Shown: positions 1 to 10,923 of the stretch, one piece after another
How positions within the stretch are numbered: position 1 is the first letter of the stretch
Layout of the letters: each line of letters starts with the position of its first letter
From: an uncultured Gammaproteobacteria bacterium
GTDB taxonomy: Bacteria; Pseudomonadota; Gammaproteobacteria; UBA4575
Direction of reading: 5' to 3'
Assembly: GCA_963976865.1 (NCBI GenBank)
Contig: CAXBLY010000002.1
Span: 152,539 to 216,538, forward strand
DNA length: 64,000 bases
Notes under the pieces: generated by a model
Told to the model about the DNA's origin: nothing
What the model saw: only the letters and a program-made list of their open reading frames with translations
Databases searched by the model: none
Program-made: the position numbers and the translations under genes

Positions 1-792
1 ACCGAATGGACCAGAAATTGTGACTTTATCTCCCGGCTTCAAACTATATATATACGAAGACATAATCCCTGGCGGAATATCTTTACCTGCTACCGGAGGT
101 GGAGATGCAATTCGGACATTTAACATGATCTGTCCTTTCTCATCAGGATAATTTGCCATTGAATATGCACGCGTGACTACCGCATCAGTTTTAGACTTAT
201 ATTGCCATAAATTAAAACGGTCCCAGTCTTCACGAAATTCTTTCTGTATATCAAAGTCACTATATTTGACCTCATGGGGCGGACACTCTATCTGTATATA
301 TCCACCCGCACGAAAATTAACCTCCTCACCCTCGGGAAGTTTCAACACCAGATTTTTAATAAATGTTGCAACGTTATCATTAGACTCAACAGTACACTCC
401 CATTTTCTAACACCAAATACTTCTTCAGGCACTTCAATGTTCATGTTTTGCTTAACAGCAACCTGACATGAAAGTCTGTCTCCCCTGGCCGCTTCACGTT
501 TGTTGATATGAGACTCTTCTGTAGGCAGCAGCGCGCCACCACCGTCAAAGATTTTAACACGGCATTGCGCACAGGTTCCGCCGCCACCACATGCGGAAGG
601 TACAAATAAATTTGCATCTGCTAAAGTTGCCAGCAATTTACCACCAACGGGTGCTGTGACTTCTTTTTCGCCATTGATAGTAATAACAACGTTTCCACTT
701 GAGACCAGTTTTGATTTTGCAAAAAGAATTAACAACACCAACGACACAACAATCGCTGAAAAAAAAGTGACGCCTAATGTTATTTCCATCAT
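1..792 (-). CDS. nqrF: Na+-translocating NADH:quinone reductase subunit F (3' part runs off the window)
   Basis: Not in the ORF track; translated by hand from ATG at 792: [35 protein letters not shown]...[14 protein letters not shown] (N-terminal TM helix and 2Fe-2S motif). Lies directly downstream of nqrE. Confidence 0.95.
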   Translation of the reverse strand, partial: MMEITLGVTFFSAIVVSLVLLILFAKSKLVSSGNVVITINGEKEVTAPVGGKLLATLADANLFVPSACGGGGTCAQCRVKIFDGGGALLPTEESHINKREAARGDRLSCQVAVKQNMNIEVPEEVFGVRKWECTVESNDNVATFIKNLVLKLPEGEEVNFRAGGYIQIECPPHEVKYSDFDIQKEFREDWDRFNLWQYKSKTDAVVTRAYSMANYPDEKGQIMLNVRIASPPPVAGKDIPPGIMSSYIYSLKPGDKVTISGPFG

Positions 793-809
793 AGCAATAC
801 TTCCATGCT

Positions 810-1418
810 CTATAATTGAATACCTGAAAATGCCATAAACCCCATCGACATTAATCCCACCGTAATAAATGTGATGCCCAGACCCTGCAAGCCATCAGGC
901 ACATCACTGTATTTCAGTTTTTCCCGTATACCTGCCAGGGCGGTTATCGCCAATGCCCAGCCTATGCCTGAACCAACGCCATACGTAACACTTTCAGTAA
1001 AGTTGTAATCGCGTTCAACCATGAATAACGACCCGCCTAAAATTGCACAGTTAACCGTGATTAATGGCAGGAAAACACCTAATGCGTTGTACAGCGCAGG
1101 AAAAAATCGATCCAGTATCATTTCCATAATTTGCACCATGGCAGCAATAACACCGATATAACTGATCAATCCGAGGAAACTCAGATCAACCTCGGGAAAT
1201 CCCATCCATGATAGCGCCCCTTCTTTCAGGACATATTGAAATAGAAGATTATTTGCGGGAACAGTGATCACCTGTACTGCTATTACTGCAGCACCAAGTC
1301 CCAGGGCTGTTTCAATTTTTTTTGACACTGCCAAAAATGTACACATACCCAAAAAGAAAGATAACGCTAAATTTTCAACAAATATCGCTTTAACAAGTAA
1401 ACTTATTGTTGCTTCCAT
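810..1418 (-). CDS. nqrE: Na+-NQR subunit E
   Basis: [20 protein letters not shown] and [13 protein letters not shown] motifs; operon position. Confidence 0.96.
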   Translation of the reverse strand: MEATISLLVKAIFVENLALSFFLGMCTFLAVSKKIETALGLGAAVIAVQVITVPANNLLFQYVLKEGALSWMGFPEVDLSFLGLISYIGVIAAMVQIMEMILDRFFPALYNALGVFLPLITVNCAILGGSLFMVERDYNFTESVTYGVGSGIGWALAITALAGIREKLKYSDVPDGLQGLGITFITVGLMSMGFMAFSGIQL

Positions 1419-2080
1419 TAGTACGTCTCCGTACGGTGAATACGATGAACCTGATATTCACGCTTTTCTATCTGTTGTGGTTTCCAGGAACGAATTCCCC
1501 AGATCATCAACCCAATTATAAAAAACGCACTTGGTGGTAGTAACATCAATCCATTGGGCTCATACCAGCCTCCATCTTTAACAAGAGGCAATATTGTGTA
1601 ACCAAGCAAAGAACCAGACCCAAATAATTCCCGTACAACAGCAACAGATATCAATACCACGCTATATCCCAGTCCATTCCCAATACCATCCAAAAAGCTG
1701 ATACCTACCGGATTTTTCATGGCAAATGCTTCAGCTCTGCCCAGCACGATACAGTTGGTAATAATCAACCCTACAAATACTGACAGCGTTTTACTTGCTT
1801 CATAGGCATAGGCTTTTAATATCTGATCTACGACAATCACAAGCGATGCAATAATCGTCATCTGCACAATGATACGAATACTGCCAGGTATGCGATTCCG
1901 AATCATACTGATCGAGGCATTTGACAAAGCAGTGACCGAGGTTAATGCCAAACACATAATCAAGGCAGCACCCAGTGTTGTAGTCACTGCCAATGCGGAA
2001 CAGATTCCCAAAATCTGTAGTGTGATGGGATTGTTATCTATCAATGGATCAAGCACGACTTTTTTTGCACTTTCGCTCAT
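1418..2080 (-). CDS. nqrD: Na+-NQR subunit D
   Basis: [18 protein letters not shown] and [17 protein letters not shown] motifs. Confidence 0.96.
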   Translation of the reverse strand: MSESAKKVVLDPLIDNNPITLQILGICSALAVTTTLGAALIMCLALTSVTALSNASISMIRNRIPGSIRIIVQMTIIASLVIVVDQILKAYAYEASKTLSVFVGLIITNCIVLGRAEAFAMKNPVGISFLDGIGNGLGYSVVLISVAVVRELFGSGSLLGYTILPLVKDGGWYEPNGLMLLPPSAFFIIGLMIWGIRSWKPQQIEKREYQVHRIHRTETY

Positions 2081-2850
2081 AACACTTCTCCTGCACGTAC
2101 TTTATTCATCATTTTTTCAAATCCATATTCACCCATCCAGAAACGGAACATATTGGTTACTCCATTGCTGGTGAGTGTTGCGCCGGACAATCCGTCGACC
2201 TGATGAGGTTCATTTTCATTACCAGGAACAACTGCTCCTTTTATAACGGTAAGCGCTAATTCTTCTTTATCATTAAACAGTTTTTTACCTTTCCAGGAGG
2301 CCTGCCATTTTAGATTGTCAACCTCCCCACCCAATCCCGGTGTTTCGCGATGATCGTAAAACTTAAGGGCATAAACTGTATTCATATCCTTTTCCAGAGT
2401 GACATAACCATACAAGGTAGACCAAAGTCCGTATCCATGGACAGGAAACACATATCGATTCACCTGATCGTTTTCTTTAACTAAATAGACTGTGGCAAAG
2501 TTAGAACGGCGATTTATATTTGCAATATCGATATCACTCCCCAGCTCTATACTCAAATTACCTATCCTGGATGCCTTACGCTGATCAAACGTTGAAGCAT
2601 CGATTTCATCAGCAACTTCACCTGTATCAAGATTAATCACTCGCGACTCGATAGAAGCAAACAGCTTTTCAATATCTGCATTTTCTTTCCATAGCCCGGA
2701 TACTTTTAATATATTGATTTTTTGATCAAGCGCTTTATTTTCTTCCTGCAGCGGTCTTAACTTCACTGCAGCAGTCGATACAACGACAGAACACACCAGA
2801 CACAATACAATGGCGACCAGTAAAATATTTGTAGTGCTATCTTTAGACAT
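2077..2850 (-). CDS. nqrC: Na+-NQR subunit C
   Basis: [18 protein letters not shown] and the FMN-attachment motif [10 protein letters not shown]. Start moved to ATG 2850 (MSKDSTT), which overlaps the nqrB stop. Confidence 0.95.
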   Translation of the reverse strand: MSKDSTTNILLVAIVLCLVCSVVVSTAAVKLRPLQEENKALDQKINILKVSGLWKENADIEKLFASIESRVINLDTGEVADEIDASTFDQRKASRIGNLSIELGSDIDIANINRRSNFATVYLVKENDQVNRYVFPVHGYGLWSTLYGYVTLEKDMNTVYALKFYDHRETPGLGGEVDNLKWQASWKGKKLFNDKEELALTVIKGAVVPGNENEPHQVDGLSGATLTSNGVTNMFRFWMGEYGFEKMMNKVRAGEVL

Positions 2851-4057
2851 AGTTTCGTTTACGCCTCCTGACATTTGCCTGCACCACAAAGTGATCAATT
2901 AAGGGCGCGAAGATATTGGCAAATAAAATCGCCAGCATAATACCTTCAGGAAAGGCAGGATTAATAACTCGAATCAACACGGTCATAAATCCAATTAAAA
3001 AGCCAAACGCCCATCGACCTGCATCTGTCATCGATGCAGAAACGGGATCCGTTGCCATATACATCATGCCAAAGGCAAATCCACCCAGCGTTAAGTGCCA
3101 ATACCAGGGCATGGCAAACATGGGATTAGTGTCGCTACCAATCCAGTTTAATAATGTAGATGTCAGCACCATGCCACCAAATACACCAAAAATAATTCTC
3201 CATGATGCAATACGCGTATACATCAGAAACATACCACCAAGAATGCATGCAAATGTTGATGTGGAACCAATCGATCCCTGAATGGAACCCATGAACGCCT
3301 GTGTCCATGTGATTCCATTAGCAAAAATAGCCTGCATACCATCCAGTGCTGCCAAGCCAAGTGGTGTGGCCCCTGAAAAACCATCCACTGCTGTCCACAC
3401 CGCGTCGCCAGACATGTGCGCTGGATACGCAAAAAACAGGAAGCACCTCCCTGTTAATGCCGGGTTTAAAAAGTTTTTACCGGTGCCACCAAACACTTCC
3501 TTGCCAATCACTACTCCGAAGCTGATCCCTAATGCCACTTGCCACAGGGGAACATCGGGCGGCAAAGTTAAGGCGAAAAGCATGGATGTCACCAGAAACC
3601 CTTCATTGACCTCGTGGTTACGAACCGCTGCAAAAATCACTTCCCATATTCCACCTACTAGCAATGTGACAAAATAAATAGGGAAAAAATACATAAAGCC
3701 ATGCATGAAATTGCCAAATGGATTATTCGCGTCATAGGCAAATCCAAATAAAGACAGTATTGAGCCGCGCCAGCCTGGCGCATGCTCTATCCCCATAGAT
3801 GCCATCGCTGAATTGGCCTGATAGCCTATATTCCACAGTCCGATAATAATGCAGGGTAAGGTCGCAATAACGACGTAAGTCATTACCCGCTTAATATCTA
3901 ATGCATCTCTTGCGTGTGGTGCATGTGGCGTGACATCCGAAGGTGTATACAGGAAAGTATCCACCATTTCATATAAGGAGTAGAACTTTTCATAACGCCC
4001 ACCTTTAATAAAGTGAGGATGAATGCTATCCAAATAGTTTCTTAACTTTGACATCAA
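2843..4057 (-). CDS. nqrB: Na+-NQR subunit B
   Basis: [17 protein letters not shown] and the FMN site DGFSGATPL; polytopic membrane protein. Confidence 0.96.
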   Translation of the reverse strand: MMSKLRNYLDSIHPHFIKGGRYEKFYSLYEMVDTFLYTPSDVTPHAPHARDALDIKRVMTYVVIATLPCIIIGLWNIGYQANSAMASMGIEHAPGWRGSILSLFGFAYDANNPFGNFMHGFMYFFPIYFVTLLVGGIWEVIFAAVRNHEVNEGFLVTSMLFALTLPPDVPLWQVALGISFGVVIGKEVFGGTGKNFLNPALTGRCFLFFAYPAHMSGDAVWTAVDGFSGATPLGLAALDGMQAIFANGITWTQAFMGSIQGSIGSTSTFACILGGMFLMYTRIASWRIIFGVFGGMVLTSTLLNWIGSDTNPMFAMPWYWHLTLGGFAFGMMYMATDPVSASMTDAGRWAFGFLIGFMTVLIRVINPAFPEGIMLAILFANIFAPLIDHFVVQANVRRRKRNYV

Positions 4058-5403
4058 CCTTCCTTTTCTATTTGGATAAGATTTTCTCTCAGCATGGGCC
4101 CGAATTCATATTTGCTTGGACACACAAATGTACACAATGCCAGGTCTTCTTCATCCAGTTCCAGGCACCCCAGGGCTTGCGCAAGATCAGTGTCTTTGGT
4201 CACCAGCGCACGTAACAGTTGTGTGGGCAAAATATCCAGAGGCATTACTCGTTCGTAAACACCAATAGGCACCATCGCGCGAGGACTACCATTTTGCGAT
4301 GTGGTGAAATCGAAGCGCGCCTGTTTTCTAAAGAAGCTCGATAACAATGCATTGGACTTGGAATATTTTTTCATGCCAGGCACTATCCAGCCAAAGAACT
4401 CTCTTTCACGTCCCTCAAATATTGCTGTGATCTGTAAATTAAATCGCCCCAGATAACTTGCCCAGCCTGCAGCACGCCAACCCGCCAATGCTGAGCCGGA
4501 AATGATTCGACACTCACCGGATTTAACTTCACCTTCAATAATATCGTTAGTACTGGCACCCAGGCGTACACGTAACAGTCTGGGATTTTTTATCGCAGGC
4601 CCGGCCAAGGAAATAATACGATCGGTCCAGATTTTTCCTTCGGTAAATAATTTTCCATAAGCGATCACATCCTGGTAATTCAGATGCCACACGGATTTAG
4701 TCGCACTAACCGGGTCTATGTAATGTATATGTGTTCCAGGTATGCCTGCAGGATGAGGCCCTTCAAACACCGCTTTTTTAATTTGTGCATCATCTTTTAG
4801 ATCTAATGAATTTTCTTTGCCGCAGCATACGTAAACATTCCCTTCTGTAAGCCGTGCCAGCACTCTCAAACCGTTTTCAAAGTCCTGTTGATATTCAGTG
4901 ATAATGACTGTCGGATCAGCCGCCAAAGGTCTGGTATCCATTGCCGTGACGAAGATGGAATGGGGAGTATTCTGCGGATTGGGAGATTTACTATACGGTC
5001 GCGTCCTCATGGCTACCCACAAGCCTGAATCTAATAGCTGCTCAACGACATCTTCTCTATCCAGCTGAGATAATTTTTCTGCATCAAATACCGGAAAGGT
5101 CACTTCCTCATCACCATCCAGACGAATAACAAGCGATTGAAACACACGCCTTGCACCACGATGAATCACTTCGACCTCGCCTGCACCTGGAGCGACATAC
5201 TGGACACGAGGATTTTTCTTGTCAGTAAACAACGGTTGGCCAAGTTTTACTCGGTCACCTTCTTTTACAAGCATGGTAGGTTTCATCCCCACATGCTCTC
5301 TTCCTAGCACGGCAACGCGCGATATATTCGGCGCACCCTCTATCTTCTGCTTGGGTGTACCCGTAATAGGCAACTGAAGGCCTTTATTAATCCTGAATTG
5401 CAT
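4054..5403 (-). CDS. nqrA: Na+-NQR subunit A
   Basis: [15 protein letters not shown] start, GPHPAG, and C-terminal [21 protein letters not shown]. Confidence 0.96.
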   Translation of the reverse strand: MQFRINKGLQLPITGTPKQKIEGAPNISRVAVLGREHVGMKPTMLVKEGDRVKLGQPLFTDKKNPRVQYVAPGAGEVEVIHRGARRVFQSLVIRLDGDEEVTFPVFDAEKLSQLDREDVVEQLLDSGLWVAMRTRPYSKSPNPQNTPHSIFVTAMDTRPLAADPTVIITEYQQDFENGLRVLARLTEGNVYVCCGKENSLDLKDDAQIKKAVFEGPHPAGIPGTHIHYIDPVSATKSVWHLNYQDVIAYGKLFTEGKIWTDRIISLAGPAIKNPRLLRVRLGASTNDIIEGEVKSGECRIISGSALAGWRAAGWASYLGRFNLQITAIFEGREREFFGWIVPGMKKYSKSNALLSSFFRKQARFDFTTSQNGSPRAMVPIGVYERVMPLDILPTQLLRALVTKDTDLAQALGCLELDEEDLALCTFVCPSKYEFGPMLRENLIQIEKEG

Positions 5404-5472
5404 TCTTTAGTTTTAGTCTGGTTCGAAGGATGTCAGCAATACGCTTGTTTTCATTAACCCATTCAAGCATAA

Positions 5473-5488
5473 AGCTATTTTCATGCCA
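5473..5488 (-). promoter_or_regulatory. Candidate sigma54 (-24/-12) promoter upstream of nqrA
   Basis: Minus strand reads TGGCATGAAAATAGCT, i.e. GG-N10-GC, close to the consensus TGGCAC-N5-TTGC, 70 bp upstream of the nqrA ATG. Confidence 0.35.
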
Positions 5489-5788
5489 ATGAATACTTGC
5501 CAATAGTATCGGCAGATCGTTACATTGCTGTAGATTGCCTGTGAAAGCGCCAATATTTTGTTGTTATCCGGCCGAATATGTTCACAATGCTGGTTTAGGA
5601 CCGGTTTACATGACGAATAGTGATGCGATCTGACCTGCCCGCAGAAATTTAATGGCAGGGTCTTGTATGATATGAACAGAAATTGCCAATTCTACAAACA
5701 CAAAACGATTACTTAACCACACGTCTCTTTAGCCAGCGACACATCAGGACGAACACGCTCATTCAAAAAAATAGCATCTAAAATTCAT

Positions 5789-6673
5789 ATGCATCATCAC
5801 CATCAACATTCCGCACCCTCGAATAATAAAGCCTTTTTGATAGGCGCAACCATCAATATCGCCTACGTCGTTATTGAGGCTATATTTGGACTTTTATCTG
5901 ACTCATTATCTTTACTGGCTGACGCAGGTCATAACTTTAGTGATGTGTGTATTTTATTACTCGCATGGGGCGCCAATATACTCGCCTCATCAAAACCCAC
6001 CGACAGTCATACATACGGGTATCGACGCGCAACGATTCTTGCTGCCCTGGTCAGTGGTGTAACCCTCGCCATCACAATGGCTTTCATTGCCATTGAGGCA
6101 ATCACGCGCTTGAACTCATTAGTTGAGCCAGACAGTATTACCATTATTGTTGTAGCAAGTGTGGGTGTTATTATAAATTTCATTACCGCTGCTTTATTCA
6201 TGTCTAATAAAGACGAAGACCTGAACGTTAAAGGTGCTTTTCTTCATATGGTTGCTGATGGATTAGTATCCGTCGCTGTTGTGTTAGGGGGTATTATTAT
6301 TTATTACACCGGCTGGCTAATCGTAGACCCCATATTAAGCCTATTAATTATTGTCGTTATTGCCATTAGCTCGTGGAGACTGATTAAAGACTCTTTCAAC
6401 CTGTCAGTTGATGGTGTACCTACCAGTATTGATATTGAATCTGTCAGAGAATATTTACTCAGCCTGCCGGATGTTAAAGAAATTCATGACCTGCATATAT
6501 GGGCAATGAGCACCACTCAGGTAGCACTGACAGCACATCTACTGCGAGCATCATCAGATATAGATGATGAACTGTTACACCAGGCAGCACAGCAGCTTAA
6601 AGAAAAATTTGGCATTCATCACTCCACTATTCAAGTGGAGAATGGTCATTGTGAACTGCAGTGTCAGGACTAG
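5789..6673 (+). CDS. Cation diffusion facilitator (CzcD/ZitB-like) metal exporter
   Basis: His-rich N-terminus MHHHHQH; SLSLLADAGHNFSD, NVKGAFLHMVAD, IHDLHIW and C-terminal HSTIQVE motifs. Confidence 0.93.
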   Translation: MHHHHQHSAPSNNKAFLIGATINIAYVVIEAIFGLLSDSLSLLADAGHNFSDVCILLLAWGANILASSKPTDSHTYGYRRATILAALVSGVTLAITMAFIAIEAITRLNSLVEPDSITIIVVASVGVIINFITAALFMSNKDEDLNVKGAFLHMVADGLVSVAVVLGGIIIYYTGWLIVDPILSLLIIVVIAISSWRLIKDSFNLSVDGVPTSIDIESVREYLLSLPDVKEIHDLHIWAMSTTQVALTAHLLRASSDIDDELLHQAAQQLKEKFGIHHSTIQVENGHCELQCQD

Positions 6674-6679
6674 ATAAGT

Positions 6680-7423
6680 TTAACTGTCTATCCATTCTGA
6701 GGGAATCCAGTAACCAGTAGCCTGAATGGGAGAAATATCGTCCATGCTGCTTATCCAGATGGCTAGCGCATATCTATCCGCATGTGGTGACGCTTCCTTT
6801 GGTAAATTTATCTTCCACCCATCCTGACTGGTTGCGTACATGTGATGAGAAAGCGCCACAAATTCCTGATTTAACACACGACCTTTATTTTCACCTCTCT
6901 GCACATCAGTCTTGATGCCTATCCCGAGTAAAGCTACGTTTAAAACATGCTCCTCAGAGACTTTGGAATATTTCACGGAAACAGTTTGAGGATTCGCAGT
7001 GAAACTTAATATACCTGCATCCTCTTTACCTTTGGGAAAATCTTTGCCCCTAATCCACCCTCGCCATTCTTCACCGTTGACCAGTATGCCGGGAGTATAC
7101 ACGGAGCGTACATGACCCTGTTGCTGATGCCGGTATTGTCGCGAACTATAGGCATGGTTTGCATAGGGATCAGGCCAGCCCAGTCGATCCCAGTAGTCCA
7201 CATGAAATGCAATCGGCACGACTTCTTTCCAAAGCTTATTATTGCTCTCAAATGTATTTAACCAGTGTTCAGCAGGAGGACAGCTACTGCACCCCTGAGA
7301 GGTAAACAGTTCCACCATGATTGTCTGTTTGTTTTCACTGGAATATTCAATAAATTGCTCCGCACAGGCAGCCCCCGCCATAACAAGTAATGAACACAAT
7401 GAAATATTGATAATATTCTTCAC
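6680..7423 (-). CDS. DUF1223-family secreted thioredoxin-like protein
   Basis: Signal peptide; VELFTSQGCSSCPPA, AFHVDYWDRLGWPDPY and YTPGILVNG motifs. Confidence 0.85.
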   Translation of the reverse strand: MKNIINISLCSLLVMAGAACAEQFIEYSSENKQTIMVELFTSQGCSSCPPAEHWLNTFESNNKLWKEVVPIAFHVDYWDRLGWPDPYANHAYSSRQYRHQQQGHVRSVYTPGILVNGEEWRGWIRGKDFPKGKEDAGILSFTANPQTVSVKYSKVSEEHVLNVALLGIGIKTDVQRGENKGRVLNQEFVALSHHMYATSQDGWKINLPKEASPHADRYALAIWISSMDDISPIQATGYWIPSEWIDS

Positions 7424-7540
7424 ACTACACCCTCTCTATGCATTCAGGAATTTTAAAACCAGAGCATAATAATTATTTTAGACAGGTAACTCTAAGTGAT
7501 AGACCGAAGGAATCAGTATTATCTGACAATATTTTTTCAT

Positions 7541-7556
7541 AGAGGGTTAACCCTCT
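7541..7556. promoter_or_regulatory. Perfect 16-bp palindrome in the DUF1223/fimT divergent intergenic region
   Basis: AGAGGGTTAACCCTCT; function unknown. Confidence 0.3.
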
Positions 7557-7740
7557 TAATACATGAATTAACAGATTTCGCAGAACTCAGCCAGTATGAC
7601 GAACCTCACAGAATCAACAATAAATCACGTCCCGTGTTAGCGCCTGATTTATTTGTTTTTGTATAAAAACAGATGAATCCGTTAGTTATATGTACAGCTC
7701 ATGACACCAAATGAACCTTTCAAAAACACACATAAAAGTA

Positions 7741-7756
7741 TGTGAGAAATTTCACA
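7741..7756. promoter_or_regulatory. CRP/Vfr-type binding site upstream of the minor pilin operon
   Basis: TGTGA-GAAATT-TCACA is an exact match to the TGTGA-N6-TCACA core, about 220 bp upstream of fimT. Confidence 0.7.
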
Positions 7757-7816
7757 GCTTGTTAATGCAGTTAGGTGTAATAAATATACTCAGGATTGTA
7801 CTTACGGAAAGAAATT

Positions 7817-7826
7817 ACCGTTCATC
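7817..7826 (+). promoter_or_regulatory. AlgR (LytTR)-like binding site
   Basis: ACCGTTCATC matches the P. aeruginosa AlgR site ACCGTTCGTC at 9/10 positions. Confidence 0.35.
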
Positions 7827-7976
7827 GAGAATTCTTTGCGGGTTATTTTTTTAACTATTTCAAGGATTTAATTACAACAACCACTCATCAGAGAAACGAA
7901 GCGAGTTATGTTTGATCAACTTAAATTACAACTTAGTTACAGTAAAGTAGCTGCAAGTTATCGCTAACAGGAAAAC

Positions 7977-8591
7977 ATGAAAGCAACAGACAACCCTAAA
8001 GTCAGCACAGCAACAACGCATAGTTCATATGGATTTAGCGTGATTGAACTCGTCATTACATTAGCATTACTGGCTGTCATGCTCACAGTTGCTGCACCCG
8101 CTTTCACGAATATTTTTGAAAATAATGCACTCGCTGGCACTGCCAATAGGTTTATTACCAGCCTAGCACTCGCACGCAGCGAGGCAATCTCAAGAAACAG
8201 AAGTGTAACAATGTGTCGATTAAACGCATCGAATAATGGATGTGCTTCAAATGGTAACTGGGAAGATGGATGGATAATTTGGGCTGATGTTGATGGTGAT
8301 GGCACTCTGGAAGCAACTAATCAAGATGGTGATGTGGAGGTAATCAATGCTGAAGAGGCGCTTGGTACTGGTTACACACTGAGAGCACTAAACAATCAGT
8401 TTACCAATCGTATTACTTTTAGTCCGATTGGTGAAGCAACTGGCAATGGCGGAAACCAGCAGGAAATCTTTCGCTTATGCGACCCAGACAACGATAGTGA
8501 CAAAGCCAGGCTAATTTACCTGAATGGTGTAGGCAATGCGTGGGTGAACCGTAATTCAGGAAGTACTTCCTCAGCAACAGATTGTCCTTAA
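7977..8591 (+). CDS. fimT: GspH/FimT-family minor pilin (FimT/FimU)
   Basis: Prepilin cleavage motif G/FSVIELVITL; ARSEAISRNRSV; Cys pairs; first gene of the pil operon. Confidence 0.85.
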   Translation: MKATDNPKVSTATTHSSYGFSVIELVITLALLAVMLTVAAPAFTNIFENNALAGTANRFITSLALARSEAISRNRSVTMCRLNASNNGCASNGNWEDGWIIWADVDGDGTLEATNQDGDVEVINAEEALGTGYTLRALNNQFTNRITFSPIGEATGNGGNQQEIFRLCDPDNDSDKARLIYLNGVGNAWVNRNSGSTSSATDCP

Positions 8592-8595
8592 TAAA

Positions 8596-9147
8596 ATGAA
8601 TATGAAAAGATTAAATTCCGGTTTTACCTTAATTGAAGTATTAGTTGCATTACTGATATTTGCAGTAGGCATGCTGGGCCTGGCTGGATTACAGCTTCAG
8701 GCACACCAATCGACCAGTTATGCACAAGGCAGAACTGCGACAACTATGGCAGCCAGTCACCTTTTTGAACGAATGCGTGCAAATATTAATGGTGTAACTG
8801 CAGGAGATTATGCTTACAACTCTACTGCTGGGTTACCAGACGCAGTTGCCGCCTGCAATACAGTTGCAGGTTGTGGCTCAGCTGCTCAGCTTGCCCAAAA
8901 TGATTTAAGAGAGTGGTTACTAACACTGGACCAGTCACTGCCAATATTTGATAGATCAGACTTCAGCTTTAATGATGATATTTCCATTCGTGTTTGCATA
9001 GATTCATCTCCAGAAATAGATGCTGCCACGGCTATTAATTGTGATGGCTTATTAGGGCAGTGGACTGTCTTTATTGACTGGACTGAAGAAAGAGAAGAGC
9101 TGACAGAATTTCAGTCAAACCGACAAACTTTTTCATTTGTCCCTTAA
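8596..9147 (+). CDS. pilV: Type IV pilus modification protein PilV
   Basis: G/FTLIEVLVALLIFAVGMLGLAGLQ; ERMRAN. Confidence 0.92.
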   Translation: MNMKRLNSGFTLIEVLVALLIFAVGMLGLAGLQLQAHQSTSYAQGRTATTMAASHLFERMRANINGVTAGDYAYNSTAGLPDAVAACNTVAGCGSAAQLAQNDLREWLLTLDQSLPIFDRSDFSFNDDISIRVCIDSSPEIDAATAINCDGLLGQWTVFIDWTEEREELTEFQSNRQTFSFVP

Positions 9148-9163
9148 ACTTAACGCTGTAATC

Positions 9164-10321
9164 ATGATGCAAAAAAATAAAACATCTGCAGGACTGGTAA
9201 ATATATCCCGAGGATTCGGATTAGTAGAGCTACTTATTGCTATTCTGCTAAGTTCTATAGTTGCTATTGTAGTGGTCCAGTTATTTATACAGAACAAGTC
9301 TTCATATCTCGCACAAGAAGCGACAACACGCACGCAGGAGAATGGTCGTTATGCAATTCACTTATTAACCAATGCGATCAAATCTGCAGACTTTTGGGGC
9401 TGCATCCCCTCTTTTGCGCCTGATACTCAAAGCACATCTTTTAGCTGGCCAGAAGATGGCGTATTAAATATCGTAGCGAATCTACCCGCAGGTTTTGTAG
9501 GAGTAAGAGGTGTTGAAGGTGCGGCGAGCACAGGGCTTGCGGGTTTCCCCTCACAGCCTGATTCGCTTATCATTAGCGGTGTTGAACGTGGTCGTTCATT
9601 TCCTCTTGAAGATGGCATCAGTGATGTTAGCACTGACCCCATCACCATCAGCTTAAACAAGAGTACACAATCCTCCATCGCGCCCAATGAAATATTAGTA
9701 ATATCCGACTGTGCAAATGCCGTTATATTTCAGGCAACCAATGATGTTGATACTACTGTAACAGTTTCTGGCTCAGCAGATATTCCAAATACAGCCACTA
9801 TTGCACATTCAACAACGCCCTTTTCCACAACGCCGGCATCACCTTATAACAATCAGCAAAACAATCTTGGATATCCATTTAAGAAACACACAACTACTGT
9901 ATTCAAAAATGTTAATACGGATGTAACGTACACTATTAACCCTTCTGTAGACCATGATGGCATTTCATCCACACCAACAGTACCCAGTCTTATGCGCTCG
10001 GTTAATGGGGCCGCGCCACAACCAATTATTCCAGGCATAGAAACACTACAGGTTATGTATGGTGAGGACACAAATGTGCCCTACGATTTTCAGGCAGATC
10101 GTTATGTGACAGCCAATAACGTTGCGGACTGGGAAAGCGTCGTCAGTGTAAGAATCAGCATTTTAGCACGATCACCTGATGCAAATAATGACGCAACACC
10201 AGATTATTCAATAGATGGAGTTAACGTCGACAGCTCAAACATTCCTGCCGATACGAATGGTAAATTTCATTCCCGCAAGGTCTACACAACAACCGTTTCT
10301 ATAAGAAATCGAATGAGCTAG
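9164..10321 (+). CDS. pilW: Type IV pilus assembly protein PilW
   Basis: G/FGLVELLIAI, QENGRYA, GIETLQVMYGED, VVSVRISILARS and YTTTVSIRN. ATG 9164 preferred over the track's TTG at 9137. Confidence 0.9.
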   Translation: MMQKNKTSAGLVNISRGFGLVELLIAILLSSIVAIVVVQLFIQNKSSYLAQEATTRTQENGRYAIHLLTNAIKSADFWGCIPSFAPDTQSTSFSWPEDGVLNIVANLPAGFVGVRGVEGAASTGLAGFPSQPDSLIISGVERGRSFPLEDGISDVSTDPITISLNKSTQSSIAPNEILVISDCANAVIFQATNDVDTTVTVSGSADIPNTATIAHSTTPFSTTPASPYNNQQNNLGYPFKKHTTTVFKNVNTDVTYTINPSVDHDGISSTPTVPSLMRSVNGAAPQPIIPGIETLQVMYGEDTNVPYDFQADRYVTANNVADWESVVSVRISILARSPDANNDATPDYSIDGVNVDSSNIPADTNGKFHSRKVYTTTVSIRNRMS

Positions 10322-10324
10322 TGA

Positions 10325-10897
10325 ATGATGAAAAATAATATCAACAAGTTGAATATCACGAAACAATCGGGAATTGTTTTAATATTCTCTTTATTACTGT
10401 TATCTGTACTGACAATACTTGCCCTAACAGGAATGAAAACAAGTGTCCTGGGTGAAAAAATGTCAGGTAATTTTCGTGACAGTGAACTGGCACATCAGGC
10501 TGCAGAAAGTGCGCTACGAGAGGCAGAAACATTTATTGACAGCATGGTCTCATTAACCGAACTGACTAATACCAATGGATTAATTCGAGAGGGCTCTGAT
10601 GCTTCAACACAAGAGTTAGACTATTTTTCCAGTGCTACCTGGGATCCCGGCTCACCAACAAACTATACAACTGCCAATGCTATAGGTGGAACCCAACTGG
10701 CACGCCCACCCAAGTACATAATCAAGCATATGGGGAAGCAGAAAATATGCAACGCTAACGTGCCTTTTGACTTAAATAGCGCTGCAAACACAAACAGATG
10801 CTATCGAGATGTGTTTAGAGTAACAGCACTTGGCACAGGTTTGACGCCCGATACTACAAAGCTTCTACAAGCTTACTTTGAACGCAATATACTTTAA
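10325..10897 (+). CDS. pilX: Type IV pilus assembly protein PilX
   Basis: G/IVLIFSL without Glu5 (typical of PilX); AHQAAESALREAE; FRVTALG. Confidence 0.9.
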   Translation: MMKNNINKLNITKQSGIVLIFSLLLLSVLTILALTGMKTSVLGEKMSGNFRDSELAHQAAESALREAETFIDSMVSLTELTNTNGLIREGSDASTQELDYFSSATWDPGSPTNYTTANAIGGTQLARPPKYIIKHMGKQKICNANVPFDLNSAANTNRCYRDVFRVTALGTGLTPDTTKLLQAYFERNIL

Positions 10898-10923
10898 CAG
10901 ACGTGCTTAAGCAGGAAACCAAT

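Noticed and set aside
7908-7967. 19-aa upstream ORF MFDQLKLQLSYSKVAASYR before fimT
   Set aside because: Weak RBS, no attenuator hairpin and no biased codon run; compatible with chance.
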